Source of the DNA: Schizochytrium sp. TIO01
Taxonomy: Eukaryota; Protista; Bigyra: Labyrinthulomycetes
Assembly: GCA_004764695.1 (NCBI GenBank)
Contig: SMSO01000008.1
Coordinates: forward strand, 930,001 to 994,000
Length of the DNA stretch: 64,000 bases
Direction: 5' to 3'
This document shows positions 1-12,042 of the stretch, piece by piece. Made by a program: the position numbers and the translations under genes. The notes below the pieces were generated by a model. That model saw only the letters and a list, made by a program, of their open reading frames with translations. It had not been told where the DNA came from and made no database searches. The stretch's first letter is position 1. The number at the start of each line of letters is the position of its first letter.

Positions 1-363
1 AAGCTCGAGCGGCACCGCAGCGGCATACGCGCGGGCAAGCTCCAGGGCCCGCGCAGTCAGTCCCGCTCCGCCCGCCTCGCCCCGCTCTGCTCTGCCCTGC
101 CCCGGCCCGCGTGCCTCCCTCGGTGGGAACGAAGCGATCGGCCGATCGATGGCTCTGCGAAGCGAGAAGAAAGAAAGAAAGAAAGCAAGAAAGAATCAGC
201 TTCAAGTCGCAACCAGCGCTCGCTGCCAAAGAGCCTATGCCCTCGAACGCCAAGCCTGAGGGAGGGAGGGAATCTCGAGGACGCCGTGCTGGCGAGGCCT
301 TCGAGCTGCTGCTGACCAGGAGGAACCGCCGCCGGACAGCCGACCTTTGAGCTGACTTCGTTG

Positions 364-408
364 TAAGTAACTTGAAGTAAGTAAGAAGTAAGTAAGAAGT
401 AAGTAAGG
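364..408. repeat. Imperfect (GTAA/GAA)n simple repeat
   Basis: gtaagtaacttgaagtaagtaagaagtaagtaagaagtaagtaag read directly. Confidence 0.8.
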
Positions 409-615
409 AAGTTCCTTTCCTGCTTAGAATACATGGGCCTAATACTGTACTATATATACATACTCCCATCAGTGTATAGAAACTACTACTGCAGAGTTAG
501 CTGTTTAGTTAGTTTACTTGCTTAGTTAGGTAGTTGCTCAGGCAGTTAGTTAGTGAGTTAGTGAGTTCTTCCTTTTGAAGAAGTAATGAATAACTTGAAG
601 CAGATCAGATGTTGT

Positions 616-654
616 CAAAGCAGAGCAAAGCAGAGCAAAGCAGAGCAAAGCAGA
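616..654. repeat. 10-bp tandem repeat (CAAAGCAGAG), about 4 copies
   Basis: caaagcagag caaagcagag caaagcagag caaagcaga. Confidence 0.9.
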
Positions 655-2056
655 TGAGGGTAGATCACATATCTGATCTCGAGTGGCGCATGGATGCTGG
701 GCGAGGGCCTGGGAAGAGCTGGCCACGAGCCTGTGCAGAGCGCTGCGCGGAAGTGGGTGGAGTAGCGAGGCAGGGTGCGAACGAAGAGGAGGCACTCGAA
801 CTTACTTGAGGCTTCTGAGGGCTGAGGAGGGAGGATCTTGCTTGAAGGCTTGCAGGAAGCACTGCGAAGCTGCAGCCCGCTCCTCCAAGATCAACGGAGG
901 GCGCGTTCTATGGTGCGGTCACAAGACAGCGACACGTGCCACGCCGCGACCCGTCATGATGGTGAAACCATTTTCAAAGCCGGCTAGCAACCATAAATGA
1001 GACCAGTTCGAGTTTGAGGCAAAGCTGCTGATTATGTACACATGAATGTGGCAGACATCATAACAGGCAAGTGTGCCAAAGGTGCGATGCCAGGGAGTTG
1101 TGACTTTGGTGGTTCAAGTATTGTGTCCTGGGAATCTGACTGCCAGCAACGACGGTTGTTAATGAGGAGAAGCAGGGAAGTTGTCTCATCGATGCCAATA
1201 CACTAAAAAATTGAGCTTTATCGATATCTTGCATGAAAGACAGCAAAAGCAATGTCGATCAATTAGCAATCAATTCAAAGAAAAGACTTGTGGTAGTCTT
1301 AAATTACAATTCGCTTCGAAGGACAATCGAGCGCAACCAACTGCCAAAGTAAGAGTTTTGCCTTTCTTTGCTCTTGACTTACGGACTTAAGTGGCGATGA
1401 TGATTAGAAATTAAGCATGATGTCTCTTCGAGCGCACCACCACGCCGATTCGTCTCTAATTCGCTCGCTTCGAGGCTTGTTGCCGCAAATCTCAGGATTA
1501 CAAATCTCTACCTGCCCGTGAAAACGTATGAGATCGTCAAAACAATCTTTCTCAATCACCAGATCCAAATTTCATATCCCGGGACCCTAAATCTTATCTT
1601 CACGCGACCCGACCAATGTCTATATGTTTCCAAAGCCGCCGCCAACATCACATTCTGCAAAGTCTTGGTGTCGAAGCAATGATTGAGGTCTGTGTCCTTC
1701 CCTCACTCCTCTACTTTTTAATTAAATAAGTTTTCATTTATTTTTAAAGAATCAATAAACCATTTCTTGTTACTCCAACTAATATATTCCTTGAGCACTG
1801 ACTCTCTTCTTATTTTTGTTTGTTTGTTTGTTTATCTATGAACATTTTTGTTTAAAATGTTTTTGTTTAAAATGTTTTTGTTTAATTCAATTTTCTTTTA
1901 TTTAAATACAGAAACAAAAGTACTTCATGTCAATTGAAAGCCCCTCTTCGAAAACCTTCAAGATGTTCCGTACAGCCATCGCTTTCATCGGTTTTCCCCT
2001 CTCCGTATAGTCCCATTTCATGTCCAGAGCAGTGAAGTGAAATGAGATGGGGTCAT

Positions 2057-2111
2057 ACAATCACACAATCACACAATCACACAATCACACAATCACACAA
2101 TCACACAATCA
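2057..2111. repeat. 8-bp tandem repeat (ACAATCAC), about 7 copies
   Basis: Read directly; it generates the spurious HTITQSHN repeats in ORF 2047..2460. Confidence 0.9.
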
Positions 2112-5100
2112 TTCAAACTCGCATAACTCTGTTATTTCTGACTGTTCCTGTTCTTTCCCTATGATGAGATGTGCGCAGTCTCCAATGATTTCCTCTGATC
2201 TGATGAGCCTTCTTCTCTATTCCTTCTCCTTCAGTTCTTCTCAAGCTCTCGCCGCGTTGGGCGCCTCCTCTCCTGCTGCGTGCGTGCTTTGTTGGCGTGG
2301 AGAAGAGGGCCTCGAGGCGAGGGAAGAGAGCGCAGTTGGGTCCGTGGTTCGCCGCTCTCGGCTTTCGTACGAGACGGTGCGAGGGTGGTTCAGGCGGAGA
2401 GCGACGAATCGCTGCGATGAATATCGAGATCGATTGAGGCCTTGTCGAATCAGTGGCTAGCTCACCTCCTAGGGATTTCGATAGGAGTCCAAGGCTCGGA
2501 TTAGTCCTTCTTTGTATGTTTAATTCTTCATTGGTTTGTTCATTCATTGGTTTATTTGTTTGTTCAAGTTTGTTTGTTTATTCATTGTTTTGTTTGTTTA
2601 TTCATTGTTTTGTTTGTTTAGCCACTGTTTTGTTGGTTCAAGTTAGGTTTCCTTCTCCCTCTCTTCTTTTGCTTTCTCTTCTGCGCCCTTCCTCTCTTTA
2701 GGGCTCGAGATTTGAGTTGGAACGACTCTGCTTTCTTTTTGGCCTCAGCTTTAGAGGCTGCTATTCTACTCCTACTGTTGCTTGTTAGCCAAAGTATGGT
2801 GAATGTTCTTTTTTTCTTTCTTTCTTAATCATTTATTTCAATTAAAAGAAACATGATGTGTATAATAACAATGTTTTTTGGTTTGTTTTTCAGGTTTTAA
2901 AAAAAACAAAAACAAAAAACCAACAATAGAAGCTTTGGGGTGAAGATGAGATAGGATCCACTATAGTTTGCGAGTAGGACATCACTTGGAAGTTCGACGG
3001 TCCTCTTTCAGGCGACATGTTCATTGGGAAAAACTGCGTTGGAGTGTTTTTCCCTTCAGATAGCGTTTTCTTCCTTCGAACCGCGTAGCAGCTCTGTAGC
3101 GGTGCGCTAGCGAGAGAGTACTTTAGGCTCTTTCTCCCGTGCAGTATTTCTTTTCTTCCTCTTCGTTTTAAAATGAAAACATAACATGCAAACAGCAAAA
3201 GATTCTTTCCTTCTTCTCGACATCATAAGTGAAGAAAAGAAAAGGAAGAACAGAGAGGAGTCCAAAGATAGATAGATTCACTGATTCACTGATTCATTCA
3301 CTGCCCTCGACGCTTTCAAGATACCTTCGAGCTGCCTCCAAGCTCAGGCCGGTCTTGAAGAAGAAGACCATCTCCGCCCAAAGGAGTGCTCGCTCGCTTG
3401 CTCGCTTGCTCGCTTGCTTGCTTGCTTGGGCCCAGGCGGTTCACTGACGTGCATTTTCTAAAGTGAGAAATGGCCATGAATTCGGTTTGCATATGCAACG
3501 GCTCAGAAAGCAAAGGCAGAACTGAAAAACAAAGAATATGGAAATCGAGCAAACGAAGCCAAAACCGCGCGGCGCTTATGTACGCGCGAGCGTGACATAC
3601 GCAGGCACGTGCGTACGCCCCGTTCAGAATGGAGAGCGCCTCCTCGCGGTGGCTTCGTGATGGAGGGCAGCAGAAGACAGAACGAGTGAGTGACAGACAG
3701 AGAGACTCTTGGGACTGATTGGACGAGAGCTGCTTGCTTCGAACGAGGCGATGAAGTTATGGAAACCCTCCTTTCGCTCCTTGGCCTTCGTAGAAGAAGA
3801 CGAAGAAACCATCGAACAAACTCAGCGGACAGACAGACAGTCGAGGAAAGTGCTGATTGATAGATAGATACCTCTGGCCTTGACGCTGAGCGTCTTCGAA
3901 GAGGCTTTGGGCCGAGCTGCCAGTGGCAGGTTTCAAATGTGGTGGTCAAGTCGCTGAGGATCTTCTTCAGCTCGTGGTCAGGAGGTCTCAGGATGCCTGC
4001 ACTAGCTGTTTCAGGAACCAGGAAGGATGGATGCAGCTGTCGAAAGCGCGACCAGTGCAACGAGCATGTAGACCGAGCCTTTCACACTGACGCGAGCCCA
4101 TTTGGTTGCAGAGTAGCGACGAAAAAGGGAAAGGGTCTGTGGTGGATCAAGCAGTAGCGGCACGTGTAGCTCACGTCGCAGAGAAAGAGCACCCGCGGAG
4201 GTCTCAGCGTTGTGATAATAAAAGTAAGAGCAGGGATAAACCTGGAGGACTTGATGTGATTTATCCTAACCTAGAGCTCGGCAGAGTGGTGAAAGGCCCT
4301 TTCCACGCGTGGTCACTTGGCAGCATCGAGTCGGCAAGTGCAACAGACGGCTTGAGAAATCCCATTCTACGCTTTGCCACTTCACAAAAAGGAAAGATTG
4401 GAAAAAAGATCCGCTCAGCTTGCAACTGATTTGTCATGAACAATGGCCCCCAACTTCAAGTGGCGAGACCCAGTAGCTACCTGGCTTGACAAATGGCAAA
4501 CACATAAGTTCAGACTGTATGATTAAGAGAAGAGCACAGACTAATTTTTTAACTGTATGTAAGATCCAACATGTCTTGTGATAATACCACTAACTAGTAC
4601 CTACGTAGGAACTTGGTAGGTACTACTACTAAAACCCTTGCACTAGAACCACAAGCACGTGGTAAAAAGAAGTATGGTATAATGGAGCGACCTGCAGAAA
4701 TTAACTATTCTGTGGGTGGGAAAGCGAATAACTGACAGATTGTATTAATATAGCTAGCTCCCTTGAGGAGTTGAAGCCAGAGGTTAATGGGATTGCACGC
4801 CGCTACATCATCTTCTTCGCTAAAGACAACAACTAATCTTCACTCAGATCAGTTGGATTTTTCAAGTCTAAGCTTCTGTCGGTACTAGTCAAGTATCTGG
4901 TATATGCATGCAAAGTAAAAGAAAACGTAGTGCAACGCTCGACTCTTCTACAGATCTCGTTTGAAAAGTAAGATGGAGGAGCAAGTTCAACATTCAAAAT
5001 GTGGCGAAGGGAAGTAGTTCATGGCCTGTTTCTTATGGATCATTGTTTTGGTTTACAAATGTTTGCAGAACTTGTGTTGATGCAAGTCACAGTGCGCACG

Positions 5101-6663
5101 ACATGCGCTTTTATTGGGTGCCGATATCTTTAATCGAAGTAACTAGTTGACACGACTTTGCTAGAGTTCTAGGTATCCCTCTGGAAGACCTCATTGTAGG
5201 GGCTTGCAATATAATAGAACTAAACAATCAAACTTGCGTGGATTACAAAAAGAAACCACTTAACCTAACCTCGTCAAATGTGCCTAGCAAAGCAGTTCAA
5301 GTGTGTCTTAACCTTCTAATTGCAATATAAATCAGGCTGCCTTGGAATCCAATCGCAACAACACCGAATCTCTAATCCTGCAAGGCCGTAGGTTAGCATT
5401 CTCTTTTTGAGCTTTCATCAAGCCTCTTGCCTTCAACTTCATGGTCAACTTCTATAGCTGACCAGACTCATCGCCCAGCACTGAGTTAACATGCTCGCAG
5501 CTGTGATCACTTAGCAGGCAGGTATTGTCCTAATCAAGAATCCCTGAACTTCTGTGCTTTGAACGCGAACTAGTTCTTGTTTTATTTTTTGGTCTGGTTG
5601 AACTTGCCCCAAATGCTCATAAGCCATCCAAGCTGTTCAAATAGACTCTAAACAGAAGGACCGGCAGAACCGGCTAGCACTCCTCACATATTGCTTTGAA
5701 GCTGAGACGGACGACCATCAAAAAACAAAAACAAACCCGTACCATGGCAGAAACGAAAGGGACCCATTGGCAAAGCTGGAGCAAAACAATAAGTTCTACG
5801 ATGTATGTCGCTCGCAACGGCGCACACCATAAGAAAAGAATGGCTTGTATGTTTTACTCTTGACAGTTTGTAAGATTAGGAAAAGTTAGTGGAAAGCATA
5901 GAAAAGCCGCCAGCATAGGGAAGCTGCAGAGCTCGTCCGAGCTTCCTCCTCCGTCACGCTAACACCCCCCCCCCCCAAAAAAAAAGCAACGTGGTTGCAG
6001 TTGGAATCCTACGTCTTCAAGTTTCCTCCTTTCAGACGACATTCTGACCCAACGATGGTGTTATCCGTAGCTGTAGGAGGTCCTACATAGTTCTTAAGTG
6101 CTAACACTCTTATAAAGTATTCTCAATTTCCCATGGTTCTCTGGCCAGAGAACTTGACGCTATGCACCCAAACTGATAACTGTCAGTCCGCATCACCTAT
6201 ATCTCCAAATGACATAATTTCAAGAGCTATAGCCAATAAAATCCAAACCATCCTTTAAACTCACCTCCACTCAACCTTATGCTGCACTAAATCAATTTGA
6301 CTTCGGCGCTGACGAACGTCGTCGATCCATCCTTCTGGGTCCAACTGACCCGCGCGTTGTTATAATAATCCACTATATTGAACCACTGGGTTGATATGAT
6401 CTCCAACTTATATTGCAAAGGAGTGTAGGACTACACAAAGCAGGTTTTCCATTTTCCCTGTTCCTATCATAGGAGGTTTGGGAAAGCTCGAGCTGAAGCA
6501 AACAAGAAAGCCGCAGCGAGGGCATTTGAGGCCTCGTCAGCCTTGGCAATCTGGAAACTGCTGACTATAGTTTGCCTGGGTTCTGGCCCTAGTTGTGACA
6601 AAGGCTGGTGCGAAAGTAGCCTCGATCCAAGAAGTACAAAAGCACATCCTGGCATTGGCCGGA

Positions 6664-7831
6664 ATGGCGCCGTCTTTGACGCACCACTTGCAAGGTGGAA
6701 AGCAGGTTCTGCAAAAATTGGATCCCTTCTCAAAGCTCACACCGATTGTGACGCGTGTACTGGGAGCTAATCCAGGGTCATTTACGTTGAATGGTACGTT
6801 GTGAGCAGTGCAAGCTGCGCGTAATGTAGGAGGAATTTTATGTTTTCTGAAGCGTGGATGTGCTAACAGAGTTAAGAACTGAAATCGATACAATTCACGA
6901 ATTCGACTCTGCTATTTCAATCCAAAACTTTGGCAATCTTCAATTGTTTCGAATGACGTTGGGTTCTGACGTCTATTCTACAGGTACGAACACATATTTG
7001 ATCGGTACAGGTGCAAAGCGAATTCTGTGGGATGCTGGCGAAGGCGTTGTTGAGTATGTAGACAATCTCCGCGCTGCCATGAGCCAGGTGGGCTGCACTG
7101 GAATTGAGGCCATTATTGTTTCCCACTGGCACTTTGATCACCTTGGTGGAGTTCCATCGGTGGTTGAGGCTTTCTCCGAAGCTGGCGCCTCCCCGATTCC
7201 TGTATACAAGTACATTCCTGACGAGCTGGAGCCCGCATTTGGAGGCGAAGGGGCGGTGACACCATATGAGATTTGGCCAAAAGATAAATTCACCCCTCTT
7301 AAAGATGGTCAGGTTATCACCACTGAAGGCGCCTCAATTCGTGTTATTTATACACCTGGACATGCCAATGACCATCTCGTTGGAATTATTGAAGAGGAAC
7401 AATCCATGTTGTCCGCAGACAATGTTTTAGGTGAAGGTACAGGAGTTTTCCGCAATCTCACAGCTTACATAGATTCACTCAAGAGTATGAGGGATCTGAA
7501 GCCAACCAAACTCTATCCGGGTCATGGACCTATTGTTGAAGACGCTGTTGACCGTATCAACGCATACATTGAGCATCGCATGGGTCGTGTTCGCCAGGTT
7601 GAGGGTATCATGAAGTCTGCTGAGCAGACTGTACTGACCTTGCATGAGATCACAAAGCGAGTCTACCCTGCAGACCTCAGTCCTCATCTCTTTGGCCCTG
7701 CCATGCTGAATACACACAACGTCCTCTTTTATCTTCAAGCACAGCAGATCATTAGGCAAGTGGACCGGAATGCTGAAGAAGCCAAAGATCACACTTGGCA
7801 AGTCATCGACATTACTGTTTCTCAACTGTAA
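6664..7831 (+). CDS. LACTB2: Metallo-beta-lactamase-fold protein, LACTB2-like endoribonuclease. Exons 6664-6793 and 6984-7831; the start could lie further upstream
   Basis: Removing intron 6794-6983 (GTACGT...CTGAC...CAG) gives TRVLGANPGSFTLNGTNTYLIGTG, matching the LACTB2 N-terminal signature. Metal-binding motifs SHWHFDH (HxHxDH), TPGHANDH, SADNVLG and LYPGHG are present. Confidence 0.85.
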
Positions 7832-8866
7832 GCTTGCGTACTAAAATCACATGGCCACGGAATGGGCTAAGGAGGTTGTAACAGAGTAGCGTAGCTAGTT
7901 TTCGTGTGCCCAGATAATCATTATGGTAAACAAACTTTATTCTAACGTTGTCTTATTCGTGTGTCTTGATTTTTTGTTCTAAAACCTTCAATTTGTTTTT
8001 TGTTTTTTTGGTATATAGCGACTAATTAGGTATGTAGTAAAGGCCAGAAATTCCAGGAATTTGCTTACAATTTGATACCAGACTCTGGTGCAAAGTTTAT
8101 TAATAATCGGAGTGTACGGAGACGAACCTTTGCCCCCTCTCTCTAAACGTGGTGGCGTGCCCTATACTTTCCCCGAAATAACAATTAATAACTTAATTAA
8201 TTGTTCCATAAATAATGATATTCTCCGACTCTGAAATATTAATAGCCGCTTCACAGGAGCGCACCATACCAGAAACATTTGAGCGATCAACTCTCATTTG
8301 ATTGCTAACAAAAAAATGCGGGGGTCTCTCGCTGTTAACAAGGAAGCCAGCCACCAGCAAAAGTCTGACGAAGCCGCAAAGGTGTCCGAAGACATCACAG
8401 TATTGTATAGGGGCAACGACTCGCGCCCGCTTGGAACAGAGGCATTGCCAGTTCTTGTAGGGTTGTAAGCATAACAGAACTGTCTAAGTTTCTCATCCAC
8501 TTATAGGGCATACATAATCAGTTAATTCAAGATGCATCATATGCTAAACTGTACTCCTCAGAAGCTGCTAACGTACAAAAGGAAGGCTTTGTACAATCTA
8601 AAGTATACATACAATCTGGGTGAGTTTTCTCAATTGTACCATGCTAGTTTTGCTTTAAGGTTTGTCAAGCTTGACATGCTCAGAAATTGTTATATAGCAA
8701 TCGTCCGTAAGTTCGTAGTTTCCCGAAGTGTCCAATTAATTAGTCACACCCAGTACTGCAAGCCACGTTTAGCAGAATCGAGTAAAACAAAGAAGTAGCA
8801 CCTATACCCAGGAACCATGAATGGAGATCAATAAGCTCTTCAAGATATTGAGCAAGTGCAGAGGAA

Positions 8867-9229
8867 TTGCACGCAAACCCCAGTCTTGCCAACACTTCTG
8901 GTTATTCAGCCCTTATGCTGGTGTGTAAGGACGAATTAAGCCTTGGCTCAGCTTCTGAGAGGTACGAAAGCGCCAAGTTCTTTCCTAGAATTAAAGAGTG
9001 CAAGATCGATCGGTCGCTGAAGAATCTCGAAGGTGACAACGCGAGAGATCTAGTCAAGATTTTGAAGGACAGCCAAGAACTACTCAAGGCATTTCCTGAG
9101 AAGGATCCAGACGAAAGAATGTACACCTCACCAGCAGAAGCGCTTGCGACGTCAAGTTGGATGGGCGGAAGACAGGCAACAAGACAAGGGCATCAAACCT
9201 TGTGTTCAGGGACCCTTCAAATGCAGTAA
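8867..9229 (+). pseudogene. Ankyrin-repeat gene remnant
   Basis: ANPSLANTSGYSALMLVC and IDRSLKNLEGDNARDLV resemble ankyrin repeat halves. The ORF opens at TTG rather than ATG and flanking frames are interrupted. It could instead be an exon of a gene I could not assemble. Confidence 0.45.
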
Positions 9230-9446
9230 AAACAACAGATATCTTTTTAACCAATGTCGTCAATTCCTAAATCAGGAATTAGACGCTATTCAAACAGGGA
9301 GTAAGGGCATAAGTGAGAAAAAATAGCAGGGAAAAAAGACGGCAGTGGTGGCCAACTTGAGCAGAGTCTTGGCAGCCACAACAACAATGTGAAAGAGGAG
9401 TGCGTGCGTATGGCTGGTAAGACGAAAATGGAATAAACGGAGAGAT

Positions 9447-9449
<3 letters not shown>

Positions 9450-9482
<33 letters not shown>
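9450..9482. repeat. (GA)n microsatellite
   Basis: Read directly. Confidence 0.95.
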
Positions 9483-9483
<1 letters not shown>

Positions 9484-10125
9484 ATGTCAAGACAGTCGTG
9501 CAAGATATACTTGCGCAATCAGTGCGTAAAACGGGATCAGATATAGAAATGCGAAAATGTACCCTATTCGTCGGCGAACTCATGGTTTTTGCAAAAGCTG
9601 GCACGGGGAAGACGAAAGAAGTGCAAGCAACGATTTCAGACGCAAATGGTGTTGAGATGAAGGTTCAAGAGTACCACGTGTGCTTTCGTTTGTTAGACAG
9701 AGGGAGGAGGGAGGAGAGGACACACAAATAAAGAAAGGTGGGCAAACACGACATGGCGCCATCCCCTCGTATCCAGATAGTAGCAATAAAAACTCCAGCC
9801 TACTCCAAACAAAACTAGTACAAAGTGCGACTCCTCTTTGGCCTCAAGCCAAAGTCTTTTGACAGAAATTCTCAACCAACTACACGAACAGCTCTCCCCG
9901 TATATCACGAGATAATCTTGGCGAATGGTTATACGCAAGCATACCTACATATAAAAAAAAGAAGATAAAAGCAATCAGAGAGCATAGAGGACGTGAAATA
10001 GAAGAGAAGGCAAATGAAGACGACCTGACAAAGAGGAGAATGTTTTAAGAGGACGCGATGCAGAAGGAGGGGGACGTAGTGAAAGAAAGATAGAAAGATA
10101 GAGATGCGCAACTCGACGAGTATAT

Positions 10126-12042
10126 TCAGATTTTCTCGTCAATGTCAAAACCAACTGGCATACGGGACTTCTTGCGCAATTCTTTGGCCGGTTTAGGAGG
10201 CTGCACCATCGCACCGTGGTGGTGCTTGTCGTGGTGGTGCTTTTCGTCCTTCTTACCTCGCCGTGTAGGCACAGGCGGCGGGGATCCGCGTCCTTGATCA
10301 AGGCCCGGCGGCGCAGAAACCTCCGACTTCTTGTGGTCCTTCTTTCGTCCAATACCCATTGACTTGCGAATGGTGTCAATACCCGCCATGAATGATGACC
10401 TGCGCTTCTCCTGCGAGCTTCCCATACCGGGGGGTGGGGCGACAATGCTAGTGGGCTTGTGCTTAGTTGCATTGCGCACCTCCTCCTTTGGCGGCATGAA
10501 AAGAGGTCGATCACTCTTGATCAAGGTCACAAGCACGCCAATAGCAGGGCCCATATCCATCAGAGCCTGCTCAGGAGAAACATCCTCCGGGGCACGAAGG
10601 AGCGATGGAGCAAATACTGTAGCAAGATTTGCAGGCGACATTTTGTTGACGCGTTCGAACTGAGCCACTTCACGAAGGAATTGCAGGAGGAGACAAATGC
10701 ACTCACGGTTCGGCGTGATAATGTTCTCGACAGCGTCAAAAACAGCATTCTCAAGTTCCTCTTTGCTAGCCTTCGGCGTGCGGCACGTAGAGAGAAGCTC
10801 ATCATAGTTCGCGTACGGCACAGCAGGTTCCGGAAGCCAGCGAAAGTAACTCTTCAGCAGGGTCGCTACATCGTTGACATCACAAGGGATACTGCTCAAC
10901 ACGTCCTCATCAGGGTTTTCTTGAACATAGCGAAATTTGAGAGCATCCACTACATCTTGCTGACCAGGAATGCGAAAGACACCCTCGGTGTAAAGCCCTT
11001 GTGCGCGAAGAAACGCAATACAGTCACACACCACAACTGGAGTTTCACTAGTAATCACTACACCAAAGACGCCCTTGACCTCTTTAAGAGCCTCGAGGCG
11101 TTTGTGTTCTTGAATCTCTGCATCGAATGCCTCAGGGCCAGCCTTGAGGATCGCGCGAAGAGACATGCGCTTCATTGTGTCATCATCGTCGTCAGCATCT
11201 GGGTCTGGTGTTCCCTTGGGCTTGCCACACAAATTACAGTACTCCGCCTCATCATTCAAGTTCATCAAAGTGCAGACCTCGCCTGTTCAATATGAAACAG
11301 CACAAATTAACATGAAAATGAGTGCCAGAAGCAAGAGATCGCCGTTCCCCCAGACCATGTAAAGTCGCCAATTTCGTCGTCGCCCACCACGTCAATTCCA
11401 ACAAGAAAATTATGCAAAAGGCACACAAGTATACATCACGCCAATTCGAGTCTACCGGTTAGTCCATCTGTCAATCTGAAGACTTCAATGTGCACCCCTT
11501 GCCCACAATCCTCATTTGCGTCGCCCCCTCACGCCAAACCAAACAGAACAAAGAGCAGTTTTCATGTCTCAACTTGCTGCTTTCTATTGAATCAAATCTC
11601 GTGCGTGGCCTCTGCACGTGCCCCCTTTTATAGCTGACCGGCTCAAAACCACGAGGACTGCAACATGGATCCACCAATGCGGGCGAAAATTATGTCAAGG
11701 GGAGCATAGCAGTACACCCTGTTCTTTGATTTCCAGCCTTCAAGCGCTGCCCTCGTTGTTGGCATCGCCGCAGTAGTTGGTGTTGTCGTGGTCATCATCA
11801 GAAATGGGCGCGTGCTAAGTAAATGTACTAAATAAGTGCTTCTTTCTCTTTCTTTCTTTATTTGCACCTGAGAACCCTATACTTCACTTTATTCCCTTTT
11901 GTTTCACTTTATCGAAATTATACTCCACTATATGCCACCTTTTATTTCACTTTGCCCTCTTCACTCTAATCTCCTCTTTCCCCAAAGCAGCAGCGCGTGC
12001 GAGGCACCGCTCCGATCTGTGCAACTTACATCTCCAGGGCAT
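10126..12042 (-). CDS. RanBP2-type zinc finger + RhoGAP domain protein. Exons 12042-12030 and 11282-10126
   Basis: 13-nt first exon caaccATG CCC TGG AGA T|gtaagt joins cag|GC GAG GTC TGC to give MPWRCEVCTLMNLNDEAEYCNLC (W-x-C-x2-C-x3-N...C-x2-C). RhoGAP motifs: EGVFRIPG (arginine finger), DVATLLKSYFRWLPEP, NKMSPANLATVFAPSLLR. Confidence 0.9.

Noticed and set aside
5745-5803. Possible upstream first exon of LACTB2 (accATGG...GTATGT)
   Set aside because: The phase from this ATG does not match the candidate acceptors at 6570 or 6592; unresolved.
6854-6983. N-terminal 43 aa of the 325-aa ORF in the track
   Set aside because: It lies inside intron 6794-6983; splicing restores the conserved LACTB2 motif NPG-x-x-TL-x-GTNTY.
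10459-11295. 278-aa plus-strand ORF opposite RhoGAP, and similar shadow ORFs over Timeless, Fab1, DZIP1 and YME1
   Set aside because: Antisense to well-supported genes, with no motifs and mostly non-ATG starts.
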